Assembly: GCA_964464605.1 (NCBI GenBank)
Contig: CAYXJN010000004.1
Span: 304,997 to 324,996 of the forward strand
From: an uncultured Ignavibacteriales bacterium
Lineage (GTDB): Bacteria; Zixibacteria; MSB-5A5; GN15; FEB-12
Length of the DNA: 20,000 bases
Reading direction: 5' to 3'
Program-made: the position numbers and the translations under genes
The notes under the pieces: generated by a model
What the model saw: only the letters and a program-made list of their open reading frames with translations
What the model was told of the DNA's origin: nothing
The model's database searches: none
Shown here: in pieces, positions 8,714 through 16,799 of the stretch
How positions within the stretch are numbered: the stretch's first letter is position 1
Layout of the letters: every line of letters begins with the position of its first letter

Positions 8714-10624
8714 ATGTTCAGTAAAGTCATAAAGCAAGGCTGGCCGGTTATTCCGGCACTTATCGCCTTTGCTATTATCTGCAATATCCTCTGGTTTATT
8801 CAGGATGATGCCTACATCTCCTATCGTTATGTCGCCAATTTTCTCAATGGTAACGGGCTGGTGTTTAATATCGGCGAGCATGTCGAGGGGATAACCAATC
8901 ATGGATGGACGATCTTCATGATTTTCCTCGGTTCGATTGGTCTGCCGTACATCGTGCTTTCACAAATTATCGGTGCACTGTGCGGCGCCGGAACTATTGT
9001 GGTCGCCTATCTGACCGGTCTTCGTTTATTCGGAGAAAAAGCATATGCCTATGCCGCACTTGCCGCCTGTTTAGTCGGATTCAATTTATCTTTAGGCTAC
9101 TGGTCTGTAGCCGGACTTGAAACGGGGACGTTCGCATTAGCGGCATCTTTATGCTTGTATTGGTATCTCGCCGGCAGCCGCTGGCTTGTTGCCGGTTTTT
9201 TCTGGGCGGTGTGGCTCCGACCCGAAGGGGCATTAGTTACCGGATTGATTATTATCATCGATGCTATCGTGCGTCGTCGTATTCCGTATGTTGTCATGGC
9301 GCATGCGGCGCTGGCCTTTGTGCTTTCGCTCCCCTTTGTCATATTCAAGATCGGATATTACGGATCGGTTCTGCCGAATCCCCTTCACGCCAAAACAAGC
9401 TGGAGTCCGAGCGATCCGTTCAATTTTACCAGTTTGCTAAGCCAGTTGCAAAACGGGCTTGAATACTCAGGCATATTTTTTAAAGACTATGCGTTTTTTG
9501 GAATAGGCTTCGCATTGCCGTTACTTTTTTACAAGAAGATGACCCGTCCGTTCTGGGTTGTCTATCTGTTTGTCCTGTTTTACACGATCTATATCACACT
9601 GATGGGGGGAGATGTACTGAAAGTTCACCGTTTCTTCCTGCCGGTGTTCGGGGCGTCGGCATTGTTGATTGCCGGATCCCTTTGGTTGATTTTCAATCAT
9701 ACGAAACTGAAAACACAGACGATGATAATCGTACTCGCGTTGCTCCCGCTTTTGCCCTTAACACTCTACATGCCGTATGATTTCGTGACGTTTTATAACA
9801 CGAATGAAAAACAGTTTACTGCAAAAATGAAATTTCAGGCGGAACAGCTGCTGAAGACTGATCCGAATAATTTCTCGGTGGCTTTGCCGACTATCGGTAT
9901 TTTCGGTTTCACGCTCGTTGGGCATACGATTATCGATATGCTTGGCCTGACCGATTCGACGATCGCCAAATATTCCGAAGATCCTATTCCCGGTATGGTC
10001 ACTACCTGGAAAGAGCAGAAACATAACTCGAAATATCTGCTCACCCGCGGACCGGATTATATCGTGTTTTCAACCGGTATAAAACCGTCTGCTCCAGCTG
10101 AACGCGCGTTGTTATTGTATCCGCAGTTTATCGAAAGCTATCGCACCCGCGGCTGGTACTACAATCCGGATTCCACTATTTACCGGCCGGTAGTTTTACA
10201 GACATTCAAAAAGATCCGTCCGTTGGCTCCTCCCTTTGTTCCGACCTACCCGGTTGCTTATGTCGAGAACTATAAGGTAGGGCTCGATTATTACATGCGA
10301 GGGAAGTGGAACGAGGCGATCGGCTATTTCAATAAGGGAATTGCTGTTTCCCCCAAACCGTACTTTCCGTATTTGCTCTATCAGAAAGGCTTTTGTCTGA
10401 TGAGCAAAGGGGAACATGACTCGGCCATGGCCATTTATAATGAGATAATCGCTACTGATTCGACAGTATGGGAAGCTCACCGGGATATGTATGTCTATTG
10501 CAGATTGCTTGGCCTTGAACATCAGGCTGCTATCCATCAGCGCTGGTTGGAGGAAACTGTTCCCTGGTATTGGCCCAGAATCAAGTCGACCGCCGAGGCC
10601 GAATTAGGTCAGCAAAAACGTTGA
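8714..10624 (+). CDS. Polytopic GT-C-fold glycosyltransferase-like membrane protein with a periplasmic domain and C-terminal TPR repeats
   Basis: DDAYISYRY after TM1, GEHVEGIT, GLET, RPEG, YYGSVLPN and GGD..RFFLP; ~11 TMs. TPR-like helices YKVGLDYYMRGKWNEAIGYFNKGI and YQKGFCLMSKGEHDSAMAIYNEII. Confidence 0.7.
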   Translation: MFSKVIKQGWPVIPALIAFAIICNILWFIQDDAYISYRYVANFLNGNGLVFNIGEHVEGITNHGWTIFMIFLGSIGLPYIVLSQIIGALCGAGTIVVAYLTGLRLFGEKAYAYAALAACLVGFNLSLGYWSVAGLETGTFALAASLCLYWYLAGSRWLVAGFFWAVWLRPEGALVTGLIIIIDAIVRRRIPYVVMAHAALAFVLSLPFVIFKIGYYGSVLPNPLHAKTSWSPSDPFNFTSLLSQLQNGLEYSGIFFKDYAFFGIGFALPLLFYKKMTRPFWVVYLFVLFYTIYITLMGGDVLKVHRFFLPVFGASALLIAGSLWLIFNHTKLKTQTMIIVLALLPLLPLTLYMPYDFVTFYNTNEKQFTAKMKFQAEQLLKTDPNNFSVALPTIGIFGFTLVGHTIIDMLGLTDSTIAKYSEDPIPGMVTTWKEQKHNSKYLLTRGPDYIVFSTGIKPSAPAERALLLYPQFIESYRTRGWYYNPDSTIYRPVVLQTFKKIRPLAPPFVPTYPVAYVENYKVGLDYYMRGKWNEAIGYFNKGIAVSPKPYFPYLLYQKGFCLMSKGEHDSAMAIYNEIIATDSTVWEAHRDMYVYCRLLGLEHQAAIHQRWLEETVPWYWPRIKSTAEAELGQQKR

Positions 10625-10646
10625 TAAATAATAAAATAGCCGAGGC

Positions 10647-10674
10647 TTGACAGCCCTGTTTGCCGATATATATT
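10647..10674 (+). promoter_or_regulatory. Sigma70 promoter of the tRNA-Gly/tRNA-Cys pair
   Basis: TTGACA-N16-TATATT ending 18 nt upstream of tRNA-Gly. Confidence 0.7.
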
Positions 10675-10692
10675 ACCAGTCGCGTTAAAAAT

Positions 10693-10765
<73 letters not shown>

Positions 10766-10786
10766 TTTTTTCATTCAGGTCAAAGC

Positions 10787-10858
<72 letters not shown>

Positions 10859-10984
10859 TAAATAGCTTCCTCGAAAATTTCAATTCATTCATCACAGCAT
10901 TAACGAATGGTTTTGTTGCACACATACGGTAGCTATGTGTAAGAAAACAATAAGTTCAATTTTGTTGATGCTTACAGTAGCGAG

Positions 10985-11082
10985 AAGAAAATAAGAGGGC
11001 ACTGCTCCGTGTGGTTAGAGGGGGCTAGGAAACTAACCGGGTCAGCAGAGAGTTACCCTCGTCATTGTTGTCAGTAAGTAAT
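10985..11082 (-). ncRNA. Candidate unannotated small RNA (interrupted hairpin with C/U-rich loop)
   Basis: Lies downstream of a near-consensus promoter with no substantial ORF. Nested helices GAGGGUA/UGCCCUC, CUGCU/AGCAG and GGUUAG/CUAACC, loop UUUCCUAGCCCCCU, followed by UUAUUUUCUU. Ends are approximate. Confidence 0.55.
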
Positions 11083-11166
11083 GCGATCAATATAGATTTA
11101 GAGAAATGACTGTCAACCGCTTTTTGACAGAATCTGTCAGTAATGTGATGGTGTCAAAATCTGACA
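11069..11166. repeat. Array of six TGACA/TGTCA pentamers forming overlapping palindromes (putative operator array)
   Basis: TGTCA at 11069, 11111, 11135 and 11152; TGACA at 11125 and 11162. Perfect TGACAGA-a-TCTGTCA at 11125-11139. Confidence 0.6.
11089..11116 (-). promoter_or_regulatory. Sigma70 promoter for the candidate sRNA
   Basis: Minus strand TTGACA(11116-11111)-N16-TATATT(11094-11089), with the same hexamers and spacing as the tRNA-Gly promoter. Confidence 0.7.
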
Positions 11167-11185
11167 TCGCATCGTACGCGATGTC
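11156..11185 (-). terminator. Possible terminator hairpin after the DUF1573 gene
   Basis: GACATCGC-N7-GCGATGTC (11163-11185) followed on the minus strand by AGAUUUU, a weak U-tract. Confidence 0.4.
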
Positions 11186-11197
11186 CGCGCAATGCGA

Positions 11198-11908
11198 TCA
11201 GAAGCGAACGATTTTCACCGGTGTCGTCAGGATCGTCGGCTCAGCCGCTTCGTCGCGATCGAGACGAATGTAAACGGTGAAACTGCCGTGAAATGTTCCT
11301 TTGCCGAGATTCGGATTCGGAGAAACTTCAAACAGGAACTTTTCATTCTTGTTGGCGGTGGGTTTAATTGATTTGACGGTGAACAGCGTATCTCCGATGC
11401 GTATGCTGTCGACTTCGGCGTAATCATGTACGGCACTGATGATTTCAAACTGTTTCGACGCTGCGCCCGGCAGGAAAAACAAGCTGAAGGGAACCGGTTT
11501 CAGTCCTTCATACCATTGTCCCACGATCGAGACATAGTACAATTCAAACATCGGCGATTCCGGGTTATCCGTGTAGACTTTGAATGATTTGTTCGTCGGG
11601 CCGTAATAATCTTTCGTGTCGAAATTCACGACAATGCGGCCGGTATCTCCGGGGGCTATAAGAGAATCGATAATGCGTCCGGTTGTGCACTCGCAATTGA
11701 TTTCGAGTTTCGTGAGTTTGACCGCCGTTTTTCCGGTATTCGGAATTCGAAAGGTATGTTGTACGGCAAAACCGATACCGACATGGCCGAAATTATGCAC
11801 CTGCTCATTGTAGCTCAGTTGAATTTGGGCAATAGCAGGAATACTGCAAAGGAGCGTAACGGTAAATACTGTGGTTGTAAACAAGCGGGGAAGTGAGCGA
11901 CGTTTCAT
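11198..11908 (-). CDS. Exported DUF1573-domain (Ig-like) protein
   Basis: Signal peptide ending AIA-Q; HNFGHV...HTFRIPNTG...NCECT...IAPGDTGRIVVNFDT...NKSFKVYTD matches the DUF1573 pattern (CxCT). Confidence 0.75.
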   Translation of the reverse strand: MKRRSLPRLFTTTVFTVTLLCSIPAIAQIQLSYNEQVHNFGHVGIGFAVQHTFRIPNTGKTAVKLTKLEINCECTTGRIIDSLIAPGDTGRIVVNFDTKDYYGPTNKSFKVYTDNPESPMFELYYVSIVGQWYEGLKPVPFSLFFLPGAASKQFEIISAVHDYAEVDSIRIGDTLFTVKSIKPTANKNEKFLFEVSPNPNLGKGTFHGSFTVYIRLDRDEAAEPTILTTPVKIVRF

Positions 11909-11920
11909 TCAATATCCAGG

Positions 11921-12913
11921 TTACAAGGTTATCTTTTCTTTACTGGGCAAAAAACCGTTATCAGACATCCATTCATCATTATAACACTTAGTCAGGTACC
12001 GGATCCCGCCGTCGGCAAAAATTCCGACTATCAAGTGTTCCGGCTTTAGCGTCTGAGCAAGCTTGGCCATAGCGATAGCTACTGCTCCCGATGATCCCCC
12101 GGCGGAGATGCCTTCACTACGGGCGATTTCCCGTGCACGGTGGAAGGAGTCTTTGTCGGCAACGGTTATAACATCATCGATGTATTCTACTAGTAATGAT
12201 TTGGTGATAACTTCAGAACCGATCCCCTCGACTTTGTACGTGCCGGGTGTTACAATCCGTTTGTCTTTGATATACGGGGTGAAAATCGAGCCTTCCGGGT
12301 CGACGGCGATCGTCTGTATGTTGGGATTTATTTCTTTTAGATATTTCGCTGTTCCCGAAAGGGTACCTCCGGTGCCGATTCCGGCAACAAAGTGGGTAAT
12401 CTTCCCTTGGGTATCATTCCATATTTCCGGGCCGGTCAGTTTGTAATGAGCTTCGACATTATCAGGATTGTCGTACTGATTCAAATGAAAATAGCCGTGC
12501 TCTTGGGCTAATGCCACGGCAACCGAATGGGAACTGTTTGGATCGTTGTATTTGGCGTCGGTTGGCGTAATAATAACTTCAGCGCCAAACGAGCGCATCA
12601 AATTGACTTTTTCTTTGCTTGTTTTTTCCGGCGTCGTCAGAATTGCATGCAAACCGAGTACTGAAGCTGCCATGGCGACGGCTGTTCCGGTGTTGCCGGA
12701 AGTATGGTCAATGACCGTATCACCCTTTTTCAGTCTTCCTTGTGCAATCGCTTTTTGTAGTATGTACAATGCCATCCGGTCTTTGACTGATCCGGTGGGG
12801 TTGTGAAATTCGAGTTTTGCGTATACCCGCGGTCCGTTTGCGGGAATTCCGGTCCGAAGGCGCACCATCGGGGTCCGGCCGACCATTTCCATGATATTGT
12901 CGTGAATACTCAC
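11921..12913 (-). CDS. PLP-dependent cysteine synthase / cystathionine beta-synthase family enzyme
   Basis: Motifs GRTPMV, KLEFHNPTGSVKDR (PLP Lys), TSGNTG, GIGTGGT, VEGIG and GGSSG; CBS-like tail RYLTKCYNDEWM. GTG at 12913, after an AAGGAAAGGA SD, is preferred over the track's TTG 12964, which coincides with the -35 box. Confidence 0.9.
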   Translation of the reverse strand: MSIHDNIMEMVGRTPMVRLRTGIPANGPRVYAKLEFHNPTGSVKDRMALYILQKAIAQGRLKKGDTVIDHTSGNTGTAVAMAASVLGLHAILTTPEKTSKEKVNLMRSFGAEVIITPTDAKYNDPNSSHSVAVALAQEHGYFHLNQYDNPDNVEAHYKLTGPEIWNDTQGKITHFVAGIGTGGTLSGTAKYLKEINPNIQTIAVDPEGSIFTPYIKDKRIVTPGTYKVEGIGSEVITKSLLVEYIDDVITVADKDSFHRAREIARSEGISAGGSSGAVAIAMAKLAQTLKPEHLIVGIFADGGIRYLTKCYNDEWMSDNGFLPSKEKITL

Positions 12914-12935
12914 ACCAATCCTTTCCTTTCCATCT

Positions 12936-12964
12936 ATTGTACACATGAGTTTACGGAAATTCAA
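12936..12964 (-). promoter_or_regulatory. Sigma70 promoter of the cysteine synthase/DUF1573 pair
   Basis: Minus strand TTGAAT-N17-TACAAT. Confidence 0.55.
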
Positions 12965-13034
12965 GATTTGAACCTTCTATCTGCGGATTTTTTATTGACT
13001 TGTCCGGCTGGGAGGGGCAAGTTTGGCACTTGCT

Positions 13035-13721
13035 ATGGAACTAAACCGGAACGTCACGGATCGACTGGGAGCGAAGGCGCTCTTTTGCACAGTGCTTTCT
13101 GTTCTTTTTTTGCTTTCCTGTGCACAAAAACAGGCGGAAGTAGAAAAGTTAGAGATGGAGATGCTCGCGGAGTCGATGAGCGATTCCCTTTCCAAACCGC
13201 TCGATAACGTAACCCAGCAAAATACGCAGACAGCGGAAGCGCAATCGACCGATCTTGACCAGCAAACCGCCTCTACCGGTGAAGAACATCAGATTCCGCT
13301 TGATACCGCCACCATGGTTTCAAACATAACCTATCACGCCGATAGTTTGGTCAACTCAGCCGCCGATTCGGCTCTGCCGCAGAATCTGGATTCCGAAAAT
13401 CATTTTGATCCGGATCAGGTGCCGAGTGATGAGGTGGAAGAAGAGGAACCGCCATATGTGCGTCCTCCCGGCGAATATTCCGGCGGCGGCGGGTATACGC
13501 TGCAAATAGCCTCGACCGATTCCCGTACCTATGCGGAAGAACTTGTCAGGACATTCAAAGAACGGGGATATCAGCCATATATCACCGAGATTGCTGTTGA
13601 TGGCCGGACACATTATCGTGTTCGGGTCGGGCAATATGCCAATTCGACGTTAGCCAAGCTGGCGCTGGAAGAGTTACAGCAGCAGTATGGCGTTGTCGGT
13701 TGGGTTGATGTGGTTCGTTAG
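13035..13721 (+). CDS. SPOR-domain (peptidoglycan-binding) lipoprotein with an acidic disordered linker
   Basis: Lipobox FLLS-C; acidic linker (DEVEEEEPP); C-terminal YTLQIAS...[13 protein letters not shown] motif. The start codon is uncertain (13023 or 13035). Confidence 0.8.
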   Translation: MELNRNVTDRLGAKALFCTVLSVLFLLSCAQKQAEVEKLEMEMLAESMSDSLSKPLDNVTQQNTQTAEAQSTDLDQQTASTGEEHQIPLDTATMVSNITYHADSLVNSAADSALPQNLDSENHFDPDQVPSDEVEEEEPPYVRPPGEYSGGGGYTLQIASTDSRTYAEELVRTFKERGYQPYITEIAVDGRTHYRVRVGQYANSTLAKLALEELQQQYGVVGWVDVVR

Positions 13722-13741
13722 GAATCACTCTAAAAAACGCC

Positions 13742-14155
13742 ATGAAAAGCGTTACTGAATATCTGACTTTCAATACCAAAAAGCGCCGGGATTATATCAA
13801 TATCACCGGCGATATCCAGCGTATTCTCGAAGCAAGCGGAATCAAAGAAGGGCTGATGCTCGTATCGGCGATGCATATTACCGCCGGTGTCTACGTCAAC
13901 GATGCCGAATCCGGATTGATCGGCGATATTGATGAATGGCTTGAAAAACTCGCTCCGTTTAATGCCAATTACCGGCATCATCATACCGGTGAAGACAACG
14001 GCGATGCGCATTTGAAAAATCTGCTGATCGGACATCAGGTTGTCGTTCCTGTTACGAACGGGCGGCTTGATTTTGGCCCGTGGCAGCAAGTCTATTATGC
14101 GGAGTTTGACGGACAGCGGCAAAAACGTGTTGTCGTGAAGCTTATTGGGGAATAA
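13742..14155 (+). CDS. yjbQ: YjbQ / UPF0047 family protein
   Basis: Motifs [26 protein letters not shown] and [13 protein letters not shown]. Confidence 0.92.
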   Translation: MKSVTEYLTFNTKKRRDYINITGDIQRILEASGIKEGLMLVSAMHITAGVYVNDAESGLIGDIDEWLEKLAPFNANYRHHHTGEDNGDAHLKNLLIGHQVVVPVTNGRLDFGPWQQVYYAEFDGQRQKRVVVKLIGE

Positions 14156-14287
14156 GCGATTAGACTAACTGTCAGTCAGCGTTTCGCTGAAAAATGCTTG
14201 CCTAATCCTTTTCGCTTTTACAATTTTCCTGTTAGGTAATGGATTAATCATTTCATTTTAATGAGTACTTCTGGGAGGAAGGCTGGT

Positions 14288-14860
14288 ATGAAATCAATGC
14301 TCAAATTAGTTATCGTTCTGTCACTCGGCATGGTCTGGACAGCAGCTCAGGCAGAAGAGCCAATAGCCGGCGCTGAACAACAGCAGATGCCGCCTATGGG
14401 AAAGCCGGCCGAAATGGATAAACTGCTGAAATTAGTCGGCACCTGGACGTCTGAATTGCATTCACGTATGGATACCACCTCTGCGTATACCACCGCCCCC
14501 TGCACCATGGTGTATGAATCACTTTTAGATGGCTGCGCGCTTATGACCACCGTCAACACAACATTCATAGGCATACCGTACAAAGGTGTTGCCGTAACCA
14601 CTTACGATCGGGAAAAGAAAAAATGGACGCAGAGCTGGACTGATAACCTAAGTGCAGCGCAGGTTCTCGCGGAAGGCACATGGCAAGGAGACACCCTTAC
14701 CTTGATAGCTTCAGCGGTAACGATGCAGATCCCCTATATGACCAGAGACATCACCGTTTTTGTTGGTGAAAACGAAATGATTTGGACGATGGACTTATCA
14801 TATGACGGTGGAAAAACATGGGGAAACATTTCAAAAGCAGTTCACAAGAGAAAAATGTAA
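14288..14860 (+). CDS. Exported DUF1579-like beta-barrel protein, paralog 1
   Basis: SD GGAGG before ATG 14288; signal peptide ending AQA; LVGTW, LDG, YD..KKKW..SWTDN and SYDGGKTW. Confidence 0.75.
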   Translation: MKSMLKLVIVLSLGMVWTAAQAEEPIAGAEQQQMPPMGKPAEMDKLLKLVGTWTSELHSRMDTTSAYTTAPCTMVYESLLDGCALMTTVNTTFIGIPYKGVAVTTYDREKKKWTQSWTDNLSAAQVLAEGTWQGDTLTLIASAVTMQIPYMTRDITVFVGENEMIWTMDLSYDGGKTWGNISKAVHKRKM

Positions 14861-14886
14861 TAGGTGCTAAAACGGAAAGGGAAATC

Positions 14887-15456
14887 ATGAAAGCATTAAA
14901 GAAAGTATTGATCGCCGTGTCACTCTGTATGCTGTGTACAGCCGTGCAGGCGGATGAGCAAAAAGCAGATGCAGCACAGCAGATGCCCCCGATGGGGAAA
15001 CCGGCCGAAATGGACCATGCGCTGAAATCAGCCGGTACCTGGGAAGGAACGTTTCAGGCGAAAATGGACCCCAGTGCTGACTTTACCACGACCCCATGCA
15101 CGGCGATTATGGAACCGGTACTCGACGGTTGTGCTTTGGTGACTAATTTCTCGACCACTTTCATGAACATGCCGTTCAAGGGAATGGGTATTCTGACGTA
15201 TGATCGTGAAAAGAAAAAATGGACACAGACGTGGATCGACAACATGGGAGCATCACAGTATCAATCCGAAGGTACCTGGGCAGATAATAAGCTGACTATG
15301 GAAGGTTCCGGTATGATGGATGGTATGCCGTACATGATGAAAGAAGTGACCACGTATGTTGATGCTTCAACCATGACGTGGGTTGCCGATATGTCCTACG
15401 ATGGCGGTAAGACCTGGTCTACTATGATGAAAGCCGAATACAAGAAAAAAGCATAG
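14887..15456 (+). CDS. Exported DUF1579-like beta-barrel protein, paralog 2 (Met-rich)
   Basis: Purine-rich SD (GAAAGGG) before ATG 14887; signal peptide ending VQA; AGTW, FKGMGILTYD..KKKW..TWIDNMG and SYDGGKTW. Confidence 0.78.
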   Translation: MKALKKVLIAVSLCMLCTAVQADEQKADAAQQMPPMGKPAEMDHALKSAGTWEGTFQAKMDPSADFTTTPCTAIMEPVLDGCALVTNFSTTFMNMPFKGMGILTYDREKKKWTQTWIDNMGASQYQSEGTWADNKLTMEGSGMMDGMPYMMKEVTTYVDASTMTWVADMSYDGGKTWSTMMKAEYKKKA

Positions 15457-15474
15457 GCGTTATTGTTGATTATC

Positions 15475-15504
15475 AAATGCCCCGCCTTTCGGGGCATTTT
15501 TTTT
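15475..15504 (+). terminator. Rho-independent terminator
   Basis: AAATGCCCCG-cctTT-CGGGGCATTT followed by a T-run. Confidence 0.9.
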
Positions 15505-15537
15505 GACCGGTTTTAACAGATAAAATCGGCAATTCGC

Positions 15538-15566
15538 TTGCCTTGCGGACTAACCGGCTTTATAGT
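15538..15566 (+). promoter_or_regulatory. Sigma70-type promoter
   Basis: TTGCCT-N17-TATAGT just downstream of the terminator. Confidence 0.5.
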
Positions 15567-15610
15567 TTTGCCGGTTATAGTGAATGTCCGACATAGGAAT
15601 GTGAGGAAAC

Positions 15611-16093
15611 ATGGAAGCAGAAGTTAAAGAACGCGGGATGTCAAAAGGATGTGTCGTCGGTCTTATCGTTGCCGGGGTAATTTTAGTATTAATCATCGCT
15701 TTCGCTGTCACCTGCTGGATTTATCGTGATGATGCGATGCATTTCGCGCTTAACACGATGCTCAACGGAGCTAAAACCGAACTGACCAAAGAAAGCTACG
15801 GTATGGACACCGTTGCCGTGAATAAATTCATCGACACGTTTGCCGAACGGATCGATTCAGTCAAAATCGATGATCCCGCGACGCAGGATCTTTTCCAGAC
15901 ACTTTCACAAGTTGCCAGTGACGGAAAGCTTGAAGAGGCGGAACTGCAAAAGATGATGGAAGCAATGGCAAATTACTATCCGGATATGCGTCCCTTAATA
16001 CCGGTGAAGCCGGTTATTGACTCGGTTGCTCATGAACCGCAGCCGTTCGATAGTTTGATCGATACGACTGTCACAGTCGATACGATAAAGTAA
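15611..16093 (+). CDS. Hypothetical membrane-anchored protein
   Basis: SD GAGG; MSKGCVVGLIVAGVILVLIIAFAVTC single TM followed by an acidic helical domain. Confidence 0.75.
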   Translation: MEAEVKERGMSKGCVVGLIVAGVILVLIIAFAVTCWIYRDDAMHFALNTMLNGAKTELTKESYGMDTVAVNKFIDTFAERIDSVKIDDPATQDLFQTLSQVASDGKLEEAELQKMMEAMANYYPDMRPLIPVKPVIDSVAHEPQPFDSLIDTTVTVDTIK

Positions 16094-16101
16094 GTAATCA
16101 G

Positions 16102-16137
16102 GCATCCGCTGCTATTCGCAGCGGATGCTTTCTATTT
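16102..16137 (+). terminator. Strong hairpin/terminator immediately upstream of plsY
   Basis: GCATCCGCTGC-TATTC-GCAGCGGATGC followed by TTTCTATTT. Confidence 0.65.
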
Positions 16138-16142
16138 AAGAT

Positions 16143-16799
16143 ATGGAAATAGTAATCGTGGTTCTTGGCGCCTATGTGTTAGGTACAATCCCGTTCGGGT
16201 TGCTGGTTCCAAAACTGTTCGGTGTTTCAGATATACGGCAGCATGGTTCCGGAAATATCGGCGCTACCAATGTATGGCGTACGCTCGGTTTCAAGGTCGC
16301 TATCTGGGTATTTATCGGTGATATCGGCAAAGGGGTACTGGCGGTGCTACTGGCATCATGGGTTGCATTATCATGGGCGAATCTTACGATACCGGTTGAA
16401 AGTTTATTGGTAATAGCCGGAGTTGCAGCGATTATTGGCCACATTTTCCCATTCTATCTCCATTTTAAGGGCGGCAAAGGAGTGAATACCGCGCTCGGCG
16501 TGATGGTAACGCTGCTGCCGGTGTATGCGGTAATCGCATTGCTGGTTTTCCTGGGCATTCTCGGCATATTTCGGTTCGTTTCATTGGCTTCGATGATCGC
16601 CGCTGTCTCATTGTTTGTATCGGTACTTTGCGGTCGGTTTCTGTTTCATCAGACGGTCCCGCTTTTGTATATCATAGTTGCTTTCTTTGTCGCGGGAGTG
16701 GTGATTTACGCGCATCGTGCGAATATCAGCCGGTTATTGCAGGGAACCGAATACCGTGTTTCATTTGCCGGAAAGAATAAAGGAAAAGGGAACACATGA
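16143..16799 (+). CDS. plsY: Acyl-phosphate:glycerol-3-phosphate acyltransferase
   Basis: Motifs YVLGTIPFG, DIRQHGSGNIGATN, DIGKG, GHIFP..FKGGKGV and HRANISRL. Confidence 0.95.
   Translation: MEIVIVVLGAYVLGTIPFGLLVPKLFGVSDIRQHGSGNIGATNVWRTLGFKVAIWVFIGDIGKGVLAVLLASWVALSWANLTIPVESLLVIAGVAAIIGHIFPFYLHFKGGKGVNTALGVMVTLLPVYAVIALLVFLGILGIFRFVSLASMIAAVSLFVSVLCGRFLFHQTVPLLYIIVAFFVAGVVIYAHRANISRLLQGTEYRVSFAGKNKGKGNT

Noticed and set aside
10859..10990. AT-rich stretch after tRNA-Cys as an integration scar; hairpin ACACATA-N7-TATGTGT at 10920-10940
   Set aside because: There is no duplicated tRNA 3' end and no integrase. The hairpin is weak and has no following U-tract on either strand.
10995..11060. 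Hairpin as SRP (4.5S) RNA or as a plus-strand GAAA-tetraloop RNA
   Set aside because: AACCGGGTCAG resembles part of SRP, but the GGAA-tetraloop/GGAAGCAG domain IV is missing on both strands. Promoter, G-U pair and U-tail all favour the minus strand.
11080..11200. 10-bp direct repeat AATGCGATCA (11080 and 11191) flanking the palindromic segment, as a MITE with target duplication
   Set aside because: No terminal inverted repeats abut the direct repeats and there is no second copy or transposase. One copy overlaps the DUF1573 stop codon.
13024..13033. TGGCACTTGC as a sigma54 promoter
   Set aside because: The -24/-12 elements lack the required spacing (TGGCAC-N5-TTGC).
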